In this document: one piece after another, positions 29,873 to 39,782 of the stretch
Numbering within the stretch: the stretch's first letter is position 1
Layout of the letters: each line of letters opens with the position of its first letter
Assembly (NCBI GenBank): GCA_963773945.1
Contig: CAVZDD010000003.1
Span: 370,060-434,059 of the forward strand
Origin: an uncultured Thermoplasmata archaeon
GTDB lineage: Archaea > Thermoplasmatota > Thermoplasmata > Lutacidiplasmatales > UBA184
Length of the DNA stretch: 64,000 nucleotides
Reading direction: 5' to 3'
The notes under the pieces: model-generated
Told to the model about the DNA's origin: nothing
The model's input: only the letters and a program-made list of their open reading frames with translations
Database searches by the model: none
Program-made: the position numbers and the translations under genes

Positions 29873-30568
29873 GTGTCCTCGGCGCGGCGGCGTCCCTACG
29901 TTCACGTGAACTGCGCCGTCTCGCTGGACGGACGACTGGCCTTTGCCGGCGGCAAACGGGCCACGCTCTCCGGACCGCGGGACCTCGAGCGCGTTCAGGC
30001 GCTCCGGGCTGAACTCGGTACCATTCTCGTGGGCGTCGGGACGGTGATCCTCGACGACCCCTCACTCCGCGTGCACTGGGACCTACTCCATCGAGCCCCG
30101 GGGCCCCCTCCGACTCGCGTCTGCCTCGACGGCAGCGGCCGCTTGCCCGGCGCGGCCCGGATTCTCGATGGCACTCAACCGACGATCGTCGCGACCACCG
30201 AACGCTCCCAGAGAGGATACCCGGCCTCGGTCGATACGATTGTGGCAGGCGCTGGACCGGAGGTAGACCTGCCCGTGCTCCTCGGGGCCCTCACCCGTCG
30301 TGGCCGGAAAGGATTGCTGGTCGAAGGCGGGGCTCGCGTGATCGCGAGCTTCCTTCGCGCGGGTCTCGTCGACCGGATGACCGTCTACGTGGCTCCGGTG
30401 CTCATCGGCGGGACCACCGCGCCGTCCCTGATGGCGGGGCCCGAAAGCCACTCCCCCGACGACTGGGTCGAATTGCTCCGGGAATCGGTCGAGCCCCTCG
30501 ACGGGGGCGTGTTGATCACGCTCCGACCGAGGACCCCACCGTCTGAAGCTCCGCCCGCAGAGTTATAG
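29873..30568 (+). CDS. RibD-C family pyrimidine reductase (riboflavin biosynthesis / DHFR-like)
   Basis: AVSLDGRLA, ILVGVGTVILDDPSL, LLVEGGARV and YVAPVLIGG. Confidence 0.88.
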   Translation: MSSARRRPYVHVNCAVSLDGRLAFAGGKRATLSGPRDLERVQALRAELGTILVGVGTVILDDPSLRVHWDLLHRAPGPPPTRVCLDGSGRLPGAARILDGTQPTIVATTERSQRGYPASVDTIVAGAGPEVDLPVLLGALTRRGRKGLLVEGGARVIASFLRAGLVDRMTVYVAPVLIGGTTAPSLMAGPESHSPDDWVELLRESVEPLDGGVLITLRPRTPPSEAPPAEL

Positions 30569-30605
30569 CCGCGCCGGGTTCCGAGGCCGGCGGAAGAGTC
30601 CCGCG

Positions 30606-31607
30606 ATGAAGCTCACCCACTTCCTTCTCGCCGATCAGTTCCACTTCGGAATGATCACGGACGCGGGCGATTTCATCGACTTGGATACGGCCTGCCGCGA
30701 CTACTTCGGCGTCAATCCGGTGAAGGGCGCGGACCCGAGCCGGTTCCGCGATATGCGGACCTTCTTCACCGGCGGGGCCGAATCGGTCGCGATCACGAAG
30801 AAGATCCAGGAGTACATCGACCGGCGACGGGCGATGGGGTGGACCCCCCGGGCCGCCACCGGCGCGCGGTTCTTCTTCAAGCCGGAAGAGGGCATCAAGC
30901 TCCTGGCCCCGGTCACCTCCGGAGCGAAGATCTACCTCCTGGCCTCGAATTCAAAGAGCCACCTCGCGGAACAGCAAAAAGAAGCCCCGTCCCGCCCCTA
31001 TCTCTTCACCCGATTCGGGAACAGTCTGGTCGGTCCGAGCGAATCACTGGTCTTGAGCCCGCACGGACTCTTCCCGGACGTCGAGCTCGAGCTTGCGGTC
31101 GTGATCGGCCAGCGGGGCAAGCACGTTCCCGCGAGTCGCGCCATGGAGATGGTCGCTGGGTACACCATCACCCTCGACATGGGTTACCGGGACCTTCAGT
31201 ACATGGCCGGTGGCGCCGTGGATTGGGTGCAGGGGAAGGGTTTCGATGCGACGATGGCCGTCGGCCCCTGGGTCGTTCCGAAGGAAGAGGTCGGCGAACC
31301 CTACCCGCTCAAGATGGAGCTCAAGGTCAACGGCACCATCCGCCAGAAGGGAGACACGACCGATTACCTGTTCCGGATCCCCGCGATCATCGAGCACCTG
31401 ACCCGGGGCGTCACGCTGGAGCCCGGAGACCTGATCTCCCTCGGAACCCTCGGAGGCGTCCCGGGATTCGAATTCGGGAACGAAAGCCGTAAGCTTAAAC
31501 CGGGCGATGTCGTCGAAGGCACGATCGAGCGGATCGGCGGCCTCAAGGTCGGGACGAAGGCGGAAGCCCCCCCACCGCCACCGGGCGCGCCTCCCCCCGC
31601 AGCGTAA
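30606..31607 (+). CDS. Fumarylacetoacetate hydrolase family protein
   Basis: DVELELAVVIG, RDLQ, WVQGKGFD, GPW, TLEPGDLISLGT and LKPGDVV. Confidence 0.88.
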   Translation: MKLTHFLLADQFHFGMITDAGDFIDLDTACRDYFGVNPVKGADPSRFRDMRTFFTGGAESVAITKKIQEYIDRRRAMGWTPRAATGARFFFKPEEGIKLLAPVTSGAKIYLLASNSKSHLAEQQKEAPSRPYLFTRFGNSLVGPSESLVLSPHGLFPDVELELAVVIGQRGKHVPASRAMEMVAGYTITLDMGYRDLQYMAGGAVDWVQGKGFDATMAVGPWVVPKEEVGEPYPLKMELKVNGTIRQKGDTTDYLFRIPAIIEHLTRGVTLEPGDLISLGTLGGVPGFEFGNESRKLKPGDVVEGTIERIGGLKVGTKAEAPPPPPGAPPPAA

Positions 31608-32840
31608 GGAAGAGCGCCGTCGACCGGGGGACCGTCAGCCGTTCCCCTTCCTTCCCGTCCGTGGCGTCGGGGACGGTGGGATAGTCCACATCGGTCAACA
31701 GCGTCACATCCACCGGTGGAAGGCCGGCGGCCGGAACCGGTGCATCGCGGAACGGTTCGAACTGGTCGAGCGCGTCCCGCGTGAGCGGCAGGACGCGGAA
31801 GCCGGTGCCCCCATGCAGGGACCCCGGCAGGCGGATCAGCCGGTGGATGTCGGTCGTGACCGGCGCGTCCGTCTCGCCCTGCACGTTGATCCGGGCCCGG
31901 TCGAGAATCTGCGCCAAGAGCGCCGGCGGAAAGTCGATCGTCGTCACGTCGAGCGAAAGTCCTTCCCGTATGCGCCGGCCCTTGCCGTCCCGAACGAGGC
32001 GGTCCGCCCACTCGCGGGCGACGGCCTCGGTCGCGCCGGCCTCCTGCATTTCCTGGGCGGCGAGTTCCACCCCCCCCGCGTCCCACCGGGCGAGGATCTG
32101 GAAGAGCGACCGCGTTAGGCGGCCCGCCCAGCCGGGGGCGTTGGGAGGCGCGAGTCGTTGGTACGGTCGTTGGCGGGCGCCCGTCGGCCGCTCCGCCTCG
32201 GCTCCGGCGAGCTCCCCCCCGCACCCATGGACAGCGCCGGTCCCCGGTCGCTCTCGCGCATCTCGTGGACCCCTTCCCGCGGGTCCACTCCGACCCCGAC
32301 GATGTACTCGACCAGTTCACGACGTTCCCCGCTCGAGAGCGGGAGCACGGCATCGGCATGCACGTGGGCGTGGAAGCCGCGGCCGCCGGAGAAGACGATC
32401 GAAACATCCCGGGCATCGAACCCGAAATCGCCGAGCAGGAAGTCGTCCACGAGATCCCGGAACCGGGAGCGGGCCAGGGTGAGCTGCTCGGCGTAGGTCT
32501 TCCCCTCGGCCTGGCGAAGATGGTCGGCGTCGAGGTCGAAGATCAGGTCGGCCCCGAGCCACTCCTTCGCCGACATCGTGGTCGCGCTGGGGCTCCGGTA
32601 GTAGGCGGAGGAGTAGTAGACGTGACGCGGCGCCTCCTGATCAAGAAAGCCGCGGAACTCCTCCGCCGAACGGAACGACGCGTGGCGGCGCATCAACGTC
32701 TGGACCGAGAAGGGGAACGCGGCAAATTCCCGACGCGTGAACCGGGAGGGCGGGTCGATGTGCGCGCCGCGGTAATACGCCTGGAACTGCCGGTGCGTCC
32801 ACTCGAGGGTCGGCGGGTCCAGGGCGGTGGTCTTCCCCAC
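31543..32840 (-). CDS. priS: DNA primase catalytic subunit; one frameshift at the G7 run (32214-32220)
   Basis: RREF, YYSSAYY, GADLIFDLDADH and FSGGRGFH in the N-terminal ORF; DAPVTTDIHRLIRLPGSLHGGTG in the C-terminal ORF. Adding one G joins the two. Confidence 0.92.
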
Positions 32841-32847
32841 GGGTCGG

Positions 32848-33420
32848 TCACTCCGCGTCGGGAAGCTCGGAGGGGTCTAGGGCCTCGGCCCGGTTCGCCT
32901 CGGTCCGGAGTCGCGCTAGGAGATGGAAAACGGTCGAATGCTCACTGCCTCTCAGCAGCAGCTCGATGGCCTGGGTGGCACGCTCGAGTTCCTGTTCCTT
33001 GCCAATCAGCGCCACGGTGCTTCCGTAGACACTGACGGAGCAGCCCGATAGTTCCTCGAGCCGGGTACGCGCCCGTCCCGCGGTGCCGATCAGGCGCGAC
33101 CGGATGCGCCACATGGAGGCCTTGGTCTGCTTGCCGGTGACCTGCTTGATGTCGATGACGCCGAGGTAGGTATCGTCCTGAAGGAGGCGCATCGCCCGCT
33201 GGGGCGAGAATCCGCGGCCAATCGCGACAACGATGTCGCGAGCCTTAAGGGCCCCGAGGGGGTCCTCGGCCTCTGGGTCCGAGATGTTCACTACGCCATC
33301 GTCCGTGTCGATCTCGAGATGGGCCCTCGTCTGCTGTTCGATCTGTCGACGCGTGGAGCCCCCGGGGCCGATCAACGCACCGACCCGGTCGTCGGGAATT
33401 CGCGCGAACAGCACGCTCAT
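32848..33420 (-). CDS. KH-domain rRNA-processing protein (Dim2/Pno1/Krr1-like)
   Basis: IPDDRVGALIGPGG, AIGRGFSP and SRLIGTAGR. Translationally coupled to rio1, the usual archaeal arrangement. Confidence 0.92.
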   Translation of the reverse strand: MSVLFARIPDDRVGALIGPGGSTRRQIEQQTRAHLEIDTDDGVVNISDPEAEDPLGALKARDIVVAIGRGFSPQRAMRLLQDDTYLGVIDIKQVTGKQTKASMWRIRSRLIGTAGRARTRLEELSGCSVSVYGSTVALIGKEQELERATQAIELLLRGSEHSTVFHLLARLRTEANRAEALDPSELPDAE

Positions 33421-34205
33421 GTCGCGGCCCCCACGGACATCCGGGTCCCACCCGCCGCCTCGAAGAACTCCTTGGGGGACGTATCTACCCCCAATCGACG
33501 GAAGTACCGAGCGAAGTTGGTCGCATCGCGCTGGAGCAGTTCCTTGGCTTGCGGATGGTCCGTCGCGAGGGCCTGGGCCACATCGATGATCACGGGGCGG
33601 TCTTCCAAGACGAGCACGTTGTACGGCGACAGGTCGCCGTGGACCAAATGGGCGTTCACGACCATCCGATTCAGTTGCGCGGTCAGGTCTGCGTACACGG
33701 CCTCGGGGTCCTGAAGGACGACCTCCTGCATCGGCGGCGCGGGGAGTCCTTCCGCACCGACGAATTCCATGACCAAGACGTTCCGGAAGCAGGCATAAGG
33801 TTGGGGAACCCGCACATCTGCCGCTCGTAACTGGGTCAGGACCGTGTGCTCCCGGCGAGTCCACGCGAAGATCATCCGTGAAGTGTTCCCCATCGCACCG
33901 ACCTCTCGCCGGAGCCACTCAATCACGTAGGGGGGTACGTGCCGGAAGATCGTGTTGCCGATCCGGTAGATCTTGACAGCTCGGTAGCCCTCCGGACCGC
34001 TCGCCCGGAACACGCCGCCTTCCTTGCCGGTCGAGATTGGGTAGTCGACGCTCTGGAATTGACCCTGGTTCACGAGACGTCCGATCGCGAGCAATGTCGC
34101 GTGATCGAAGAACTCGTCGACGAGCTTCCGCTGTTGACGCTCCTTGCGACGGTCCTCTACCCGCTCGGCACGAGTCGGATAGAGCAGTTCCTCGGGATCG
34201 GGCAC
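33417..34205 (-). CDS. rio1: RIO1 family serine/threonine kinase
   Basis: ISTGKEGGVF, AVKIYR, LVMEF, VHGDLSPYNVL and IIDVAQ. Start uncertain; the ORF extends to 34265. Confidence 0.92.
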   Translation of the reverse strand: MPDPEELLYPTRAERVEDRRKERQQRKLVDEFFDHATLLAIGRLVNQGQFQSVDYPISTGKEGGVFRASGPEGYRAVKIYRIGNTIFRHVPPYVIEWLRREVGAMGNTSRMIFAWTRREHTVLTQLRAADVRVPQPYACFRNVLVMEFVGAEGLPAPPMQEVVLQDPEAVYADLTAQLNRMVVNAHLVHGDLSPYNVLVLEDRPVIIDVAQALATDHPQAKELLQRDATNFARYFRRLGVDTSPKEFFEAAGGTRMSVGAAT

Positions 34206-34326
34206 CCCAGGCGAAGCCCGACACGGGGCCAAAACGGTTCGCCCCCTTCGGGAGATGAAGCCCACGACCCCTTCCGACGCCCGAACCCCTTATGCGTCCA
34301 CTTTTCATCCGCCCGTGAAGGAAACC

Positions 34327-34803
34327 ATGATCGATGCCGCGAACTTGGCGATCAGCGCCACGCTGATCATCGTGGGGAGCGCACTCTTTGCGTTCGAGCT
34401 CATTCACCCTGGCGCCTGGCTCCTGATCCCCGCCTCGATCATGATCGTCGCGGGACTTCTGTATCTGGTTCTCCCTTCGCTCCTCCTCAATTCGGCTTTC
34501 GGGCCCGCGATCGTGGTGCTCGTGGCGCTCGGCGCGGCCATTGCGACGATCCCGTACTACCGGTGGGTGGCCCCCACCCATGAACCGATGAGCACGACCG
34601 TGCATTCGTTGAGGGGAGCTATGGGAATCGTCGTCGTCCCCGTTGTTCCCGACTCGTTGAGCGGCAAGGTCCAGATCCAATCCGAGGTCTGGTCGGCCCG
34701 TGGCGAACAAGCGATTCCGATGGGGACGCGGGTCACGGTAGTCTCCGGCGAGGGCGTGAGCGTGCTCGTTCGACCGCTCGAAGGCGCAGGAACAGAAAAC
34801 TAA
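34327..34803 (+). CDS. NfeD-family (short form) membrane protein
   Basis: Three TM helices plus an OB-fold tail GKVQIQSEVWSAR...GTRVTVVSGEGV. Lies upstream of an SPFH gene. Confidence 0.88.
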   Translation: MIDAANLAISATLIIVGSALFAFELIHPGAWLLIPASIMIVAGLLYLVLPSLLLNSAFGPAIVVLVALGAAIATIPYYRWVAPTHEPMSTTVHSLRGAMGIVVVPVVPDSLSGKVQIQSEVWSARGEQAIPMGTRVTVVSGEGVSVLVRPLEGAGTEN

Positions 34804-34815
34804 GGAAGAAGAACC

Positions 34816-36075
34816 ATGGTCGACCCGGTTGCACTCACCCTAATCTCTGTCTTTGTCGTGGCCATCATCCTGATTCTGATCAATCGGGCGGTCTACCAGA
34901 TCCAGCCGTATCAGAACGGGATCGTGACCTTGCTCGGGTCCTTCAAGCGGATCCTCAATCCCGGTCTAAACATCGTGAGTCCCCTCGCCCTCGTGATCAA
35001 GCTCGACCTGCGGACGCAGGTTCTCGAGGTACCGCGACAGGAGGTCATCACCAAGGACAACTCGCCGACGAACGTCGACGCCATCATTTACATCAAGGTC
35101 GTGGACGCGCCCAAGGCAATCTTCCAGGTCCAGGACTACCACATCGCCACCGTGGCACTCGCCCAGACGACACTCCGGTCCGTCATCGGAGACATGGAAC
35201 TCGACGAGGTGCTCTACAACCGGGAACGGATCAATGCCCGACTGCGGGACATACTCGACCAGTCCACCGACAAATGGGGGGTGCGCGTCGAAGCGGTCGA
35301 GATCAAGGAGGTCGACCCGGTCGGCCCCGTCAAGGCCGCGATGGAGGAGCAAACCTCCGCGGAACGGCAGCGGCGGGCCGCCGTGCTGCGCGCCGACGGA
35401 GAGAAGCGGTCGGCCATTCTGGTCTCCGAGGGCCAGAAGCGATCGCGCATTCTACAGGCCGAGGGCCTGCGGCAATCCAAGATCCTCGAAGCCGAGGGCA
35501 CCCGGCTCGCGACCATCCTCGAGGCGCAGGGAGAGTCCCAACGTCTCCGGATCCTTGCCCTCGGAGCCGGTACTTTGGACTCGAAGGCCTTGACCGTACT
35601 CTCGCTGGATACCCTCTCGAACGTGGGCAACGGACAGGCCACGAAGATCATCTTCCCGTTCGAGCTCTCCCGCCTGATGGAGGGCGCGTCGGAGTACCTC
35701 GGCATGGCGCGAACCGTTCCTGACCGGAGCCTCAGCACGATGGACGAGCTCGAAGCCCGGATCGGCAAGATGGACGATGTCTTGGGACCCATCCCCCGGC
35801 AAGAGGAACTGGACACCGAGATCAAATCCATCGAAGCCGAGATCAAGGCGGAGACAGACGAATCCGTGGCGATGGTCGGTCCCATCGGCGGGACCGCCGC
35901 CCGCGCCGACACGACGGACCTCCCAGACCCCCTAGGCCAACGCCGGTCCGCCCCTCCGCCCTCGTTCGGAGTGGCGCAGTCCTCGGGAGCGTCTCCGTCG
36001 ACCGAATCCAGTGAAGGCGCCCACGACTTTACCAGTGCGACGGACCCCCGGCGACGAAAGGCCCCGCCCAGTTAA
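34816..36075 (+). CDS. SPFH/stomatin (band 7) protein
   Basis: N-terminal TM helix, QEVITKDN, QTTLRSVIG, WGVRVEAVEIK and AEG coiled-coil repeats. Confidence 0.93.
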   Translation: MVDPVALTLISVFVVAIILILINRAVYQIQPYQNGIVTLLGSFKRILNPGLNIVSPLALVIKLDLRTQVLEVPRQEVITKDNSPTNVDAIIYIKVVDAPKAIFQVQDYHIATVALAQTTLRSVIGDMELDEVLYNRERINARLRDILDQSTDKWGVRVEAVEIKEVDPVGPVKAAMEEQTSAERQRRAAVLRADGEKRSAILVSEGQKRSRILQAEGLRQSKILEAEGTRLATILEAQGESQRLRILALGAGTLDSKALTVLSLDTLSNVGNGQATKIIFPFELSRLMEGASEYLGMARTVPDRSLSTMDELEARIGKMDDVLGPIPRQEELDTEIKSIEAEIKAETDESVAMVGPIGGTAARADTTDLPDPLGQRRSAPPPSFGVAQSSGASPSTESSEGAHDFTSATDPRRRKAPPS

Positions 36076-36186
36076 CGCCGCGGAGCTTCTTCCGCCCCTC
36101 GCCCTCGCACCAAGCGATTTCGGCGTCGCACCAAAAACGAGGAGGAGTCCGTCACCGTAGCGGGACCCCTAGGGGGTTCCCTGTCG

Positions 36187-37203
36187 GTGGTCCGCGCTGA
36201 ATCCAGCCCCGCCGTCGACCTCGATGGGGGAGTCGTCGCCTTCAACGAGGAACGTCGGCTGGCCCCCGCAGTCGAGTCGCTCCTTCACCAGGAGCTCCCG
36301 CCCGGTGTTCGCTGGAGAACGCTCTGGATCGTGGCGAGTGGCTGCACCGACCGAACCGCCGAGGTCGCCCGATCCCTGGCGACCCGTCACCCGGAGGTCC
36401 GGGTCGTGGTCCAACCCGAACGGCGCGGAAAGGCCTCCGCGCTGGGCGAGGTCTTTCGAGAGGCCCGAGGAGACTACCTGGTCCTCCTCAACGCGGACGC
36501 CATCGCCCGGCCCGGGGCCGTTGCGGCCTTGCTACGCGCGGCGGCGCCGTTGGTTCCCCCGTATGCCGTAATGGGACATCCCGAGCCGGGGGGGCTGCCC
36601 CCGGCGGGGATGGGTACCGGCCTACGACTGCTCTGGAAACTCCATCACCGGATGCATGCGACCCTCGTCCCGTCCCGGGAGGGAACTCACCTTTCGGACG
36701 AACTCCTCCTTCTCCCCACCGATGACCTTCCCCCGCTGCCCGCGGAGGTCGTGAACGACGGCGCCTTCATCGGTGCCTGGACTCGCTCGCACGGGGGCAC
36801 GCTGGCCTACGCCGCAGACGCGCGGGTCGCGATCGAGGTACCGTGGAGCATCGGGGACCACCTCCGGCAACGGCGCAGGATCCACTTCGGTCATCGACAG
36901 GTGACCGAACTGGTCGGAGTGGCTCCCACAACGTTCGCTCGGTATCTGCTCCGGCACCCGAGTCGAGCGATGGCACTTCTCGCCTCGGAGGTCCGGGCCA
37001 CTCCGGGCGGCGGAACCGCCCTCATCTGGCTCGCCTCCGCGGAGCTCGCTTCGATGGTGGCGGCGACCTGGGATCGGATGCCCCCGCGACGCAACCACCG
37101 GCTCTGGGAGACTATTCGGGAGTCAATCGACTCGCCGGTCGCATTCGATCCGACAGTCGCTCGAACTTCCGGGTCGCGAGCGCCATCCGATCGAGGCGGG
37201 TAA
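36187..37203 (+). CDS. Glycosyltransferase family 2 (cellulose-synthase-like motifs)
   Basis: AFNEE, SGCTDRT, GKASAL, NAD (DxD position), NDGAFIG and QRRRI (QxxRW-like). Confidence 0.82.
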   Translation: MVRAESSPAVDLDGGVVAFNEERRLAPAVESLLHQELPPGVRWRTLWIVASGCTDRTAEVARSLATRHPEVRVVVQPERRGKASALGEVFREARGDYLVLLNADAIARPGAVAALLRAAAPLVPPYAVMGHPEPGGLPPAGMGTGLRLLWKLHHRMHATLVPSREGTHLSDELLLLPTDDLPPLPAEVVNDGAFIGAWTRSHGGTLAYAADARVAIEVPWSIGDHLRQRRRIHFGHRQVTELVGVAPTTFARYLLRHPSRAMALLASEVRATPGGGTALIWLASAELASMVAATWDRMPPRRNHRLWETIRESIDSPVAFDPTVARTSGSRAPSDRGG

Positions 37204-38053
37204 TCGTACGGAAGCTCTCTCCTTCCCGGCCCGAGCGTCGCAGTCGATAGTTGGCCCTCAGTCCCTTCAGTTGGAGATACGCAGCGACGACCGGGAACAA
37301 GACGGCGTTCAGGCAACGAACCCCGCGTGTCGCCGGGCGGGGCTCCGTCGGTTCGGGGAGGGCGGTCGATTCCCATCGAGCGTAAAGGCGGGGAGCCTCT
37401 CGCCGGAGCCAATCCCCCCGGCGCAGCAACCCGCGGTAGTACGCCTCGCCGTGGACCGGACGCGTGACCAGGGCTTCCCGCGCGAAGAGAAATCCTCGGG
37501 GTCGGGAAAATTCACGGATCGCGGCCGGTTCGTCGAGGGTGTAATTGAAACACCACTCGGGCTCCCCGACCCCTGGAGCGGTCATTCGACGCAGCCGGAG
37601 ACGCAGGAACACGTAAGCCACGAAGAGCCAGACCGCCCCGGGCCGTACGACTGTCATGAGATCGCAATCGTCCCCGTCCCGGGGATCCCCGTACGCCGTC
37701 GAGCCCGTTACCCCGAGAAAGCAGAGCCACGGTCGAGTCGCCTTCAAGTCGCTCTGGAAGAGGGCCCCGGCCGCCCGGTAGTACTCCTCCGCCCGCTCCC
37801 GACGGCGGGGGTCGAGATCCCAATCGGAAACTTCGGGCGTCAGAACACGACCTTCCGAGACCCGACTTCTGGACGGATGGGCCTGGATCCAACCCGTCAG
37901 ATCCTCGACTGTCGATGGTCCATATTCGGGGAGCAGATCGACGAGCGTCTCGAACGCCACGCCGGTCCGGAACTCCCCGGCGACATGGACCGCACCGGTC
38001 AGGCGCTCGGCCAACAGGACCTCCGGATCCGAGTCTCCCGCCGAGGTCGACAT
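37112..38053 (-). CDS. Uncharacterised Pol-beta-superfamily nucleotidyltransferase-like protein
   Basis: hG[S] plus DxD motif in LGVTGSTAYGDPRDGDDCDLMTVV, followed by a hydrophobic segment and CFNYTLDE. Start is ATG 38053 or 38125. Confidence 0.7.
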   Translation of the reverse strand: MSTSAGDSDPEVLLAERLTGAVHVAGEFRTGVAFETLVDLLPEYGPSTVEDLTGWIQAHPSRSRVSEGRVLTPEVSDWDLDPRRRERAEEYYRAAGALFQSDLKATRPWLCFLGVTGSTAYGDPRDGDDCDLMTVVRPGAVWLFVAYVFLRLRLRRMTAPGVGEPEWCFNYTLDEPAAIREFSRPRGFLFAREALVTRPVHGEAYYRGLLRRGDWLRREAPRLYARWESTALPEPTEPRPATRGVRCLNAVLFPVVAAYLQLKGLRANYRLRRSGREGESFRTITRLDRMALATRKFERLSDRMRPASRLTPE

Positions 38054-38220
38054 GGCAGCGCTCGCCCCGGATGGGTCGGTCGTGAGATGGTACTCCCTGT
38101 CGGAGGGGAGCGACCGATGGACCACCTGATTTTTGGTGCGAGAACGGAAACCGTTGGTTCAATGCCGGACACTCTGGCCGGCACCGCGAGTTCTCGCCCC
38201 CGGGTCCGAAGGGGTGTGGC

Positions 38221-39393
38221 ATGATGTCGTCCCAAGTGCCCGGTGAGCTAACGGGAGAATCCCTCCGGTTGAGAACGCCCGCGGGTTCGGTCCCGCTGGG
38301 CTTCGCTCAGGAGGAAGGTGTCGTCTACCTGGTCGCACGGGAGCGGGCTGCCCAGTGGCCGGTAGACCTCCTCCGGAACGGCCACGGAATGCTGACGCTC
38401 CCCGAGGGCGGCGTCGAGGGCACGCCGCGATTGATCAGCGACCGGAGCGAACAGACCCGGGTGCTGCGCCTGTTCCTCCAAAAGTATGGACCCGACCGAT
38501 TCGCCCGGTGGTACGAACATCCGGCCCGGATCCTTCGGGTCACGCTGAACCCGGCTCCTCCGCATCAGGGCCCGGGCACCGAGCACTACTACGAATGGTT
38601 GCAATCCGAGTTCGACAACGTCGCCGAAGACTATGACCGGCACATCACCGGCAACCGGATGAACCGTCTCCTCCGGAACCGGAGTCTCGCGTGGCTGGAA
38701 CCCCGCTTCGCCCGATCCCGAAGACTGCTGGAGATCGGATGTGGGTCCGGCATGGAAACGCTCCCTATGCTCCGCGCCGGCCATCAGGTCGTCGCAGTCG
38801 ACATCTCCGAGCGGATGCTGTCCACCGTCCGCTCGAAGGCGGAGCGGGAAGGCCTGGGCGGACAGCTCGAGACCCGGCACCTCCGGGCCCGGGACCTAGA
38901 CTACCTCGTCGAGGACCTGGGAACCGGGAGCATCGATGGCGCGTACTCCACGTACGGCGCGCTGAACTGCGAACCAGATCTCGGGCCGATACCGGTCGCT
39001 CTCCGACGACTCCTCGCGCCCGGTGCCCCGTTTGTCGCTGGCGTGTACAACCGGTGGTGCCTTTTCGAGATAGCGGGGTACAGCGCGTCACTCCAGACGT
39101 CGCGGGCCTTTGGACGGCGCCGAAATCCCATCCCGGTCGGCAGTTCTCGTTTTTGCGTGGACGTGTACGCGCATTCCGTGGCGGACTTTGAGCGCCTCTT
39201 CCGCCCGGGATTCTCGGTGGAGCGGATCGAGGGGGTGCCGGTGCTCCTACCTCCCTCCGACCTCACCGGATACGCGGAGAAATTCTCGCGCCACTTTGAA
39301 CGGTTGGCGGGATGGGACGCGTGGGTCGGCCACCGGTGGCCGTTCAACCGGCTCGGGGACCACTTCCTGATCACCCTGGTGCGGGCGTCGTAA
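38221..39393 (+). CDS. Fusion of a split-barrel (deazaflavin/flavin nitroreductase-like) domain and a class I SAM methyltransferase
   Basis: The N-terminal ~110 aa pattern VPLGF..E.GVVYLVA...W..DL...F.QKYG resembles split-barrel flavin-binding proteins. The C-terminal part has FDNVAEDYD, LLEIGCGSG, VDISERML and YSTYGALNC. Confidence 0.75.
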   Translation: MMSSQVPGELTGESLRLRTPAGSVPLGFAQEEGVVYLVARERAAQWPVDLLRNGHGMLTLPEGGVEGTPRLISDRSEQTRVLRLFLQKYGPDRFARWYEHPARILRVTLNPAPPHQGPGTEHYYEWLQSEFDNVAEDYDRHITGNRMNRLLRNRSLAWLEPRFARSRRLLEIGCGSGMETLPMLRAGHQVVAVDISERMLSTVRSKAEREGLGGQLETRHLRARDLDYLVEDLGTGSIDGAYSTYGALNCEPDLGPIPVALRRLLAPGAPFVAGVYNRWCLFEIAGYSASLQTSRAFGRRRNPIPVGSSRFCVDVYAHSVADFERLFRPGFSVERIEGVPVLLPPSDLTGYAEKFSRHFERLAGWDAWVGHRWPFNRLGDHFLITLVRAS

Positions 39394-39406
39394 GAGGAGA
39401 GAGATC

Positions 39407-39703
39407 GTGGACCCGACCCCGTTGCCCCCCCGAGTCACCGAGCACTTCGAAATTTCTCGGCGACGCATTCGAGTGTACTCCGAACGCTGGCCGATCAAGT
39501 ACCTCGTCTCCAACCACGGGCTCTGCCTCGGTATCGATACGAAGCGTCGATCGTTCCTGTTCTTGGCCCACCGAAAGGGCCTGATCGTCCGTCGACGTCC
39601 GGTAGGCGATACGGTGGTCGAGGACCTGAACTACGAAATCCCGGCCATTCTGCGGGCCCTCCAGGCGTCGAAGGCGGGGACGATGGGTGGCCCGACTCCC
39701 TGA
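39407..39703 (+). CDS. Hypothetical basic protein, 98 aa
   Basis: GTG preceded by GAGGAG, 13 nt after the MTase stop. Protein-like composition. Confidence 0.65.
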   Translation: MDPTPLPPRVTEHFEISRRRIRVYSERWPIKYLVSNHGLCLGIDTKRRSFLFLAHRKGLIVRRRPVGDTVVEDLNYEIPAILRALQASKAGTMGGPTP

Positions 39704-39782
39704 CACCACGCCCTTCGTATCGCTAGGTTTTCTCCGTCGGATCGAGAGGGTTCTGGAAACGTCGGGTGACTTCGAATCCAAC

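Noticed and set aside
31543..32840. Split primase or programmed frameshifting in priS and the other broken genes
   Set aside because: I saw no canonical slippery heptamer with a downstream structure. Several breaks sit in homopolymers and they affect unrelated genes, so assembly error is the simpler explanation.
37112..39703. MNT-HEPN toxin-antitoxin or CBASS-type defence interpretation of the NTase
   Set aside because: The protein is about three times the size of an MNT and has hydrophobic segments. The 98-aa neighbour is non-adjacent, on the other strand and does not look helical like HEPN. No recognisable defence effectors are nearby.
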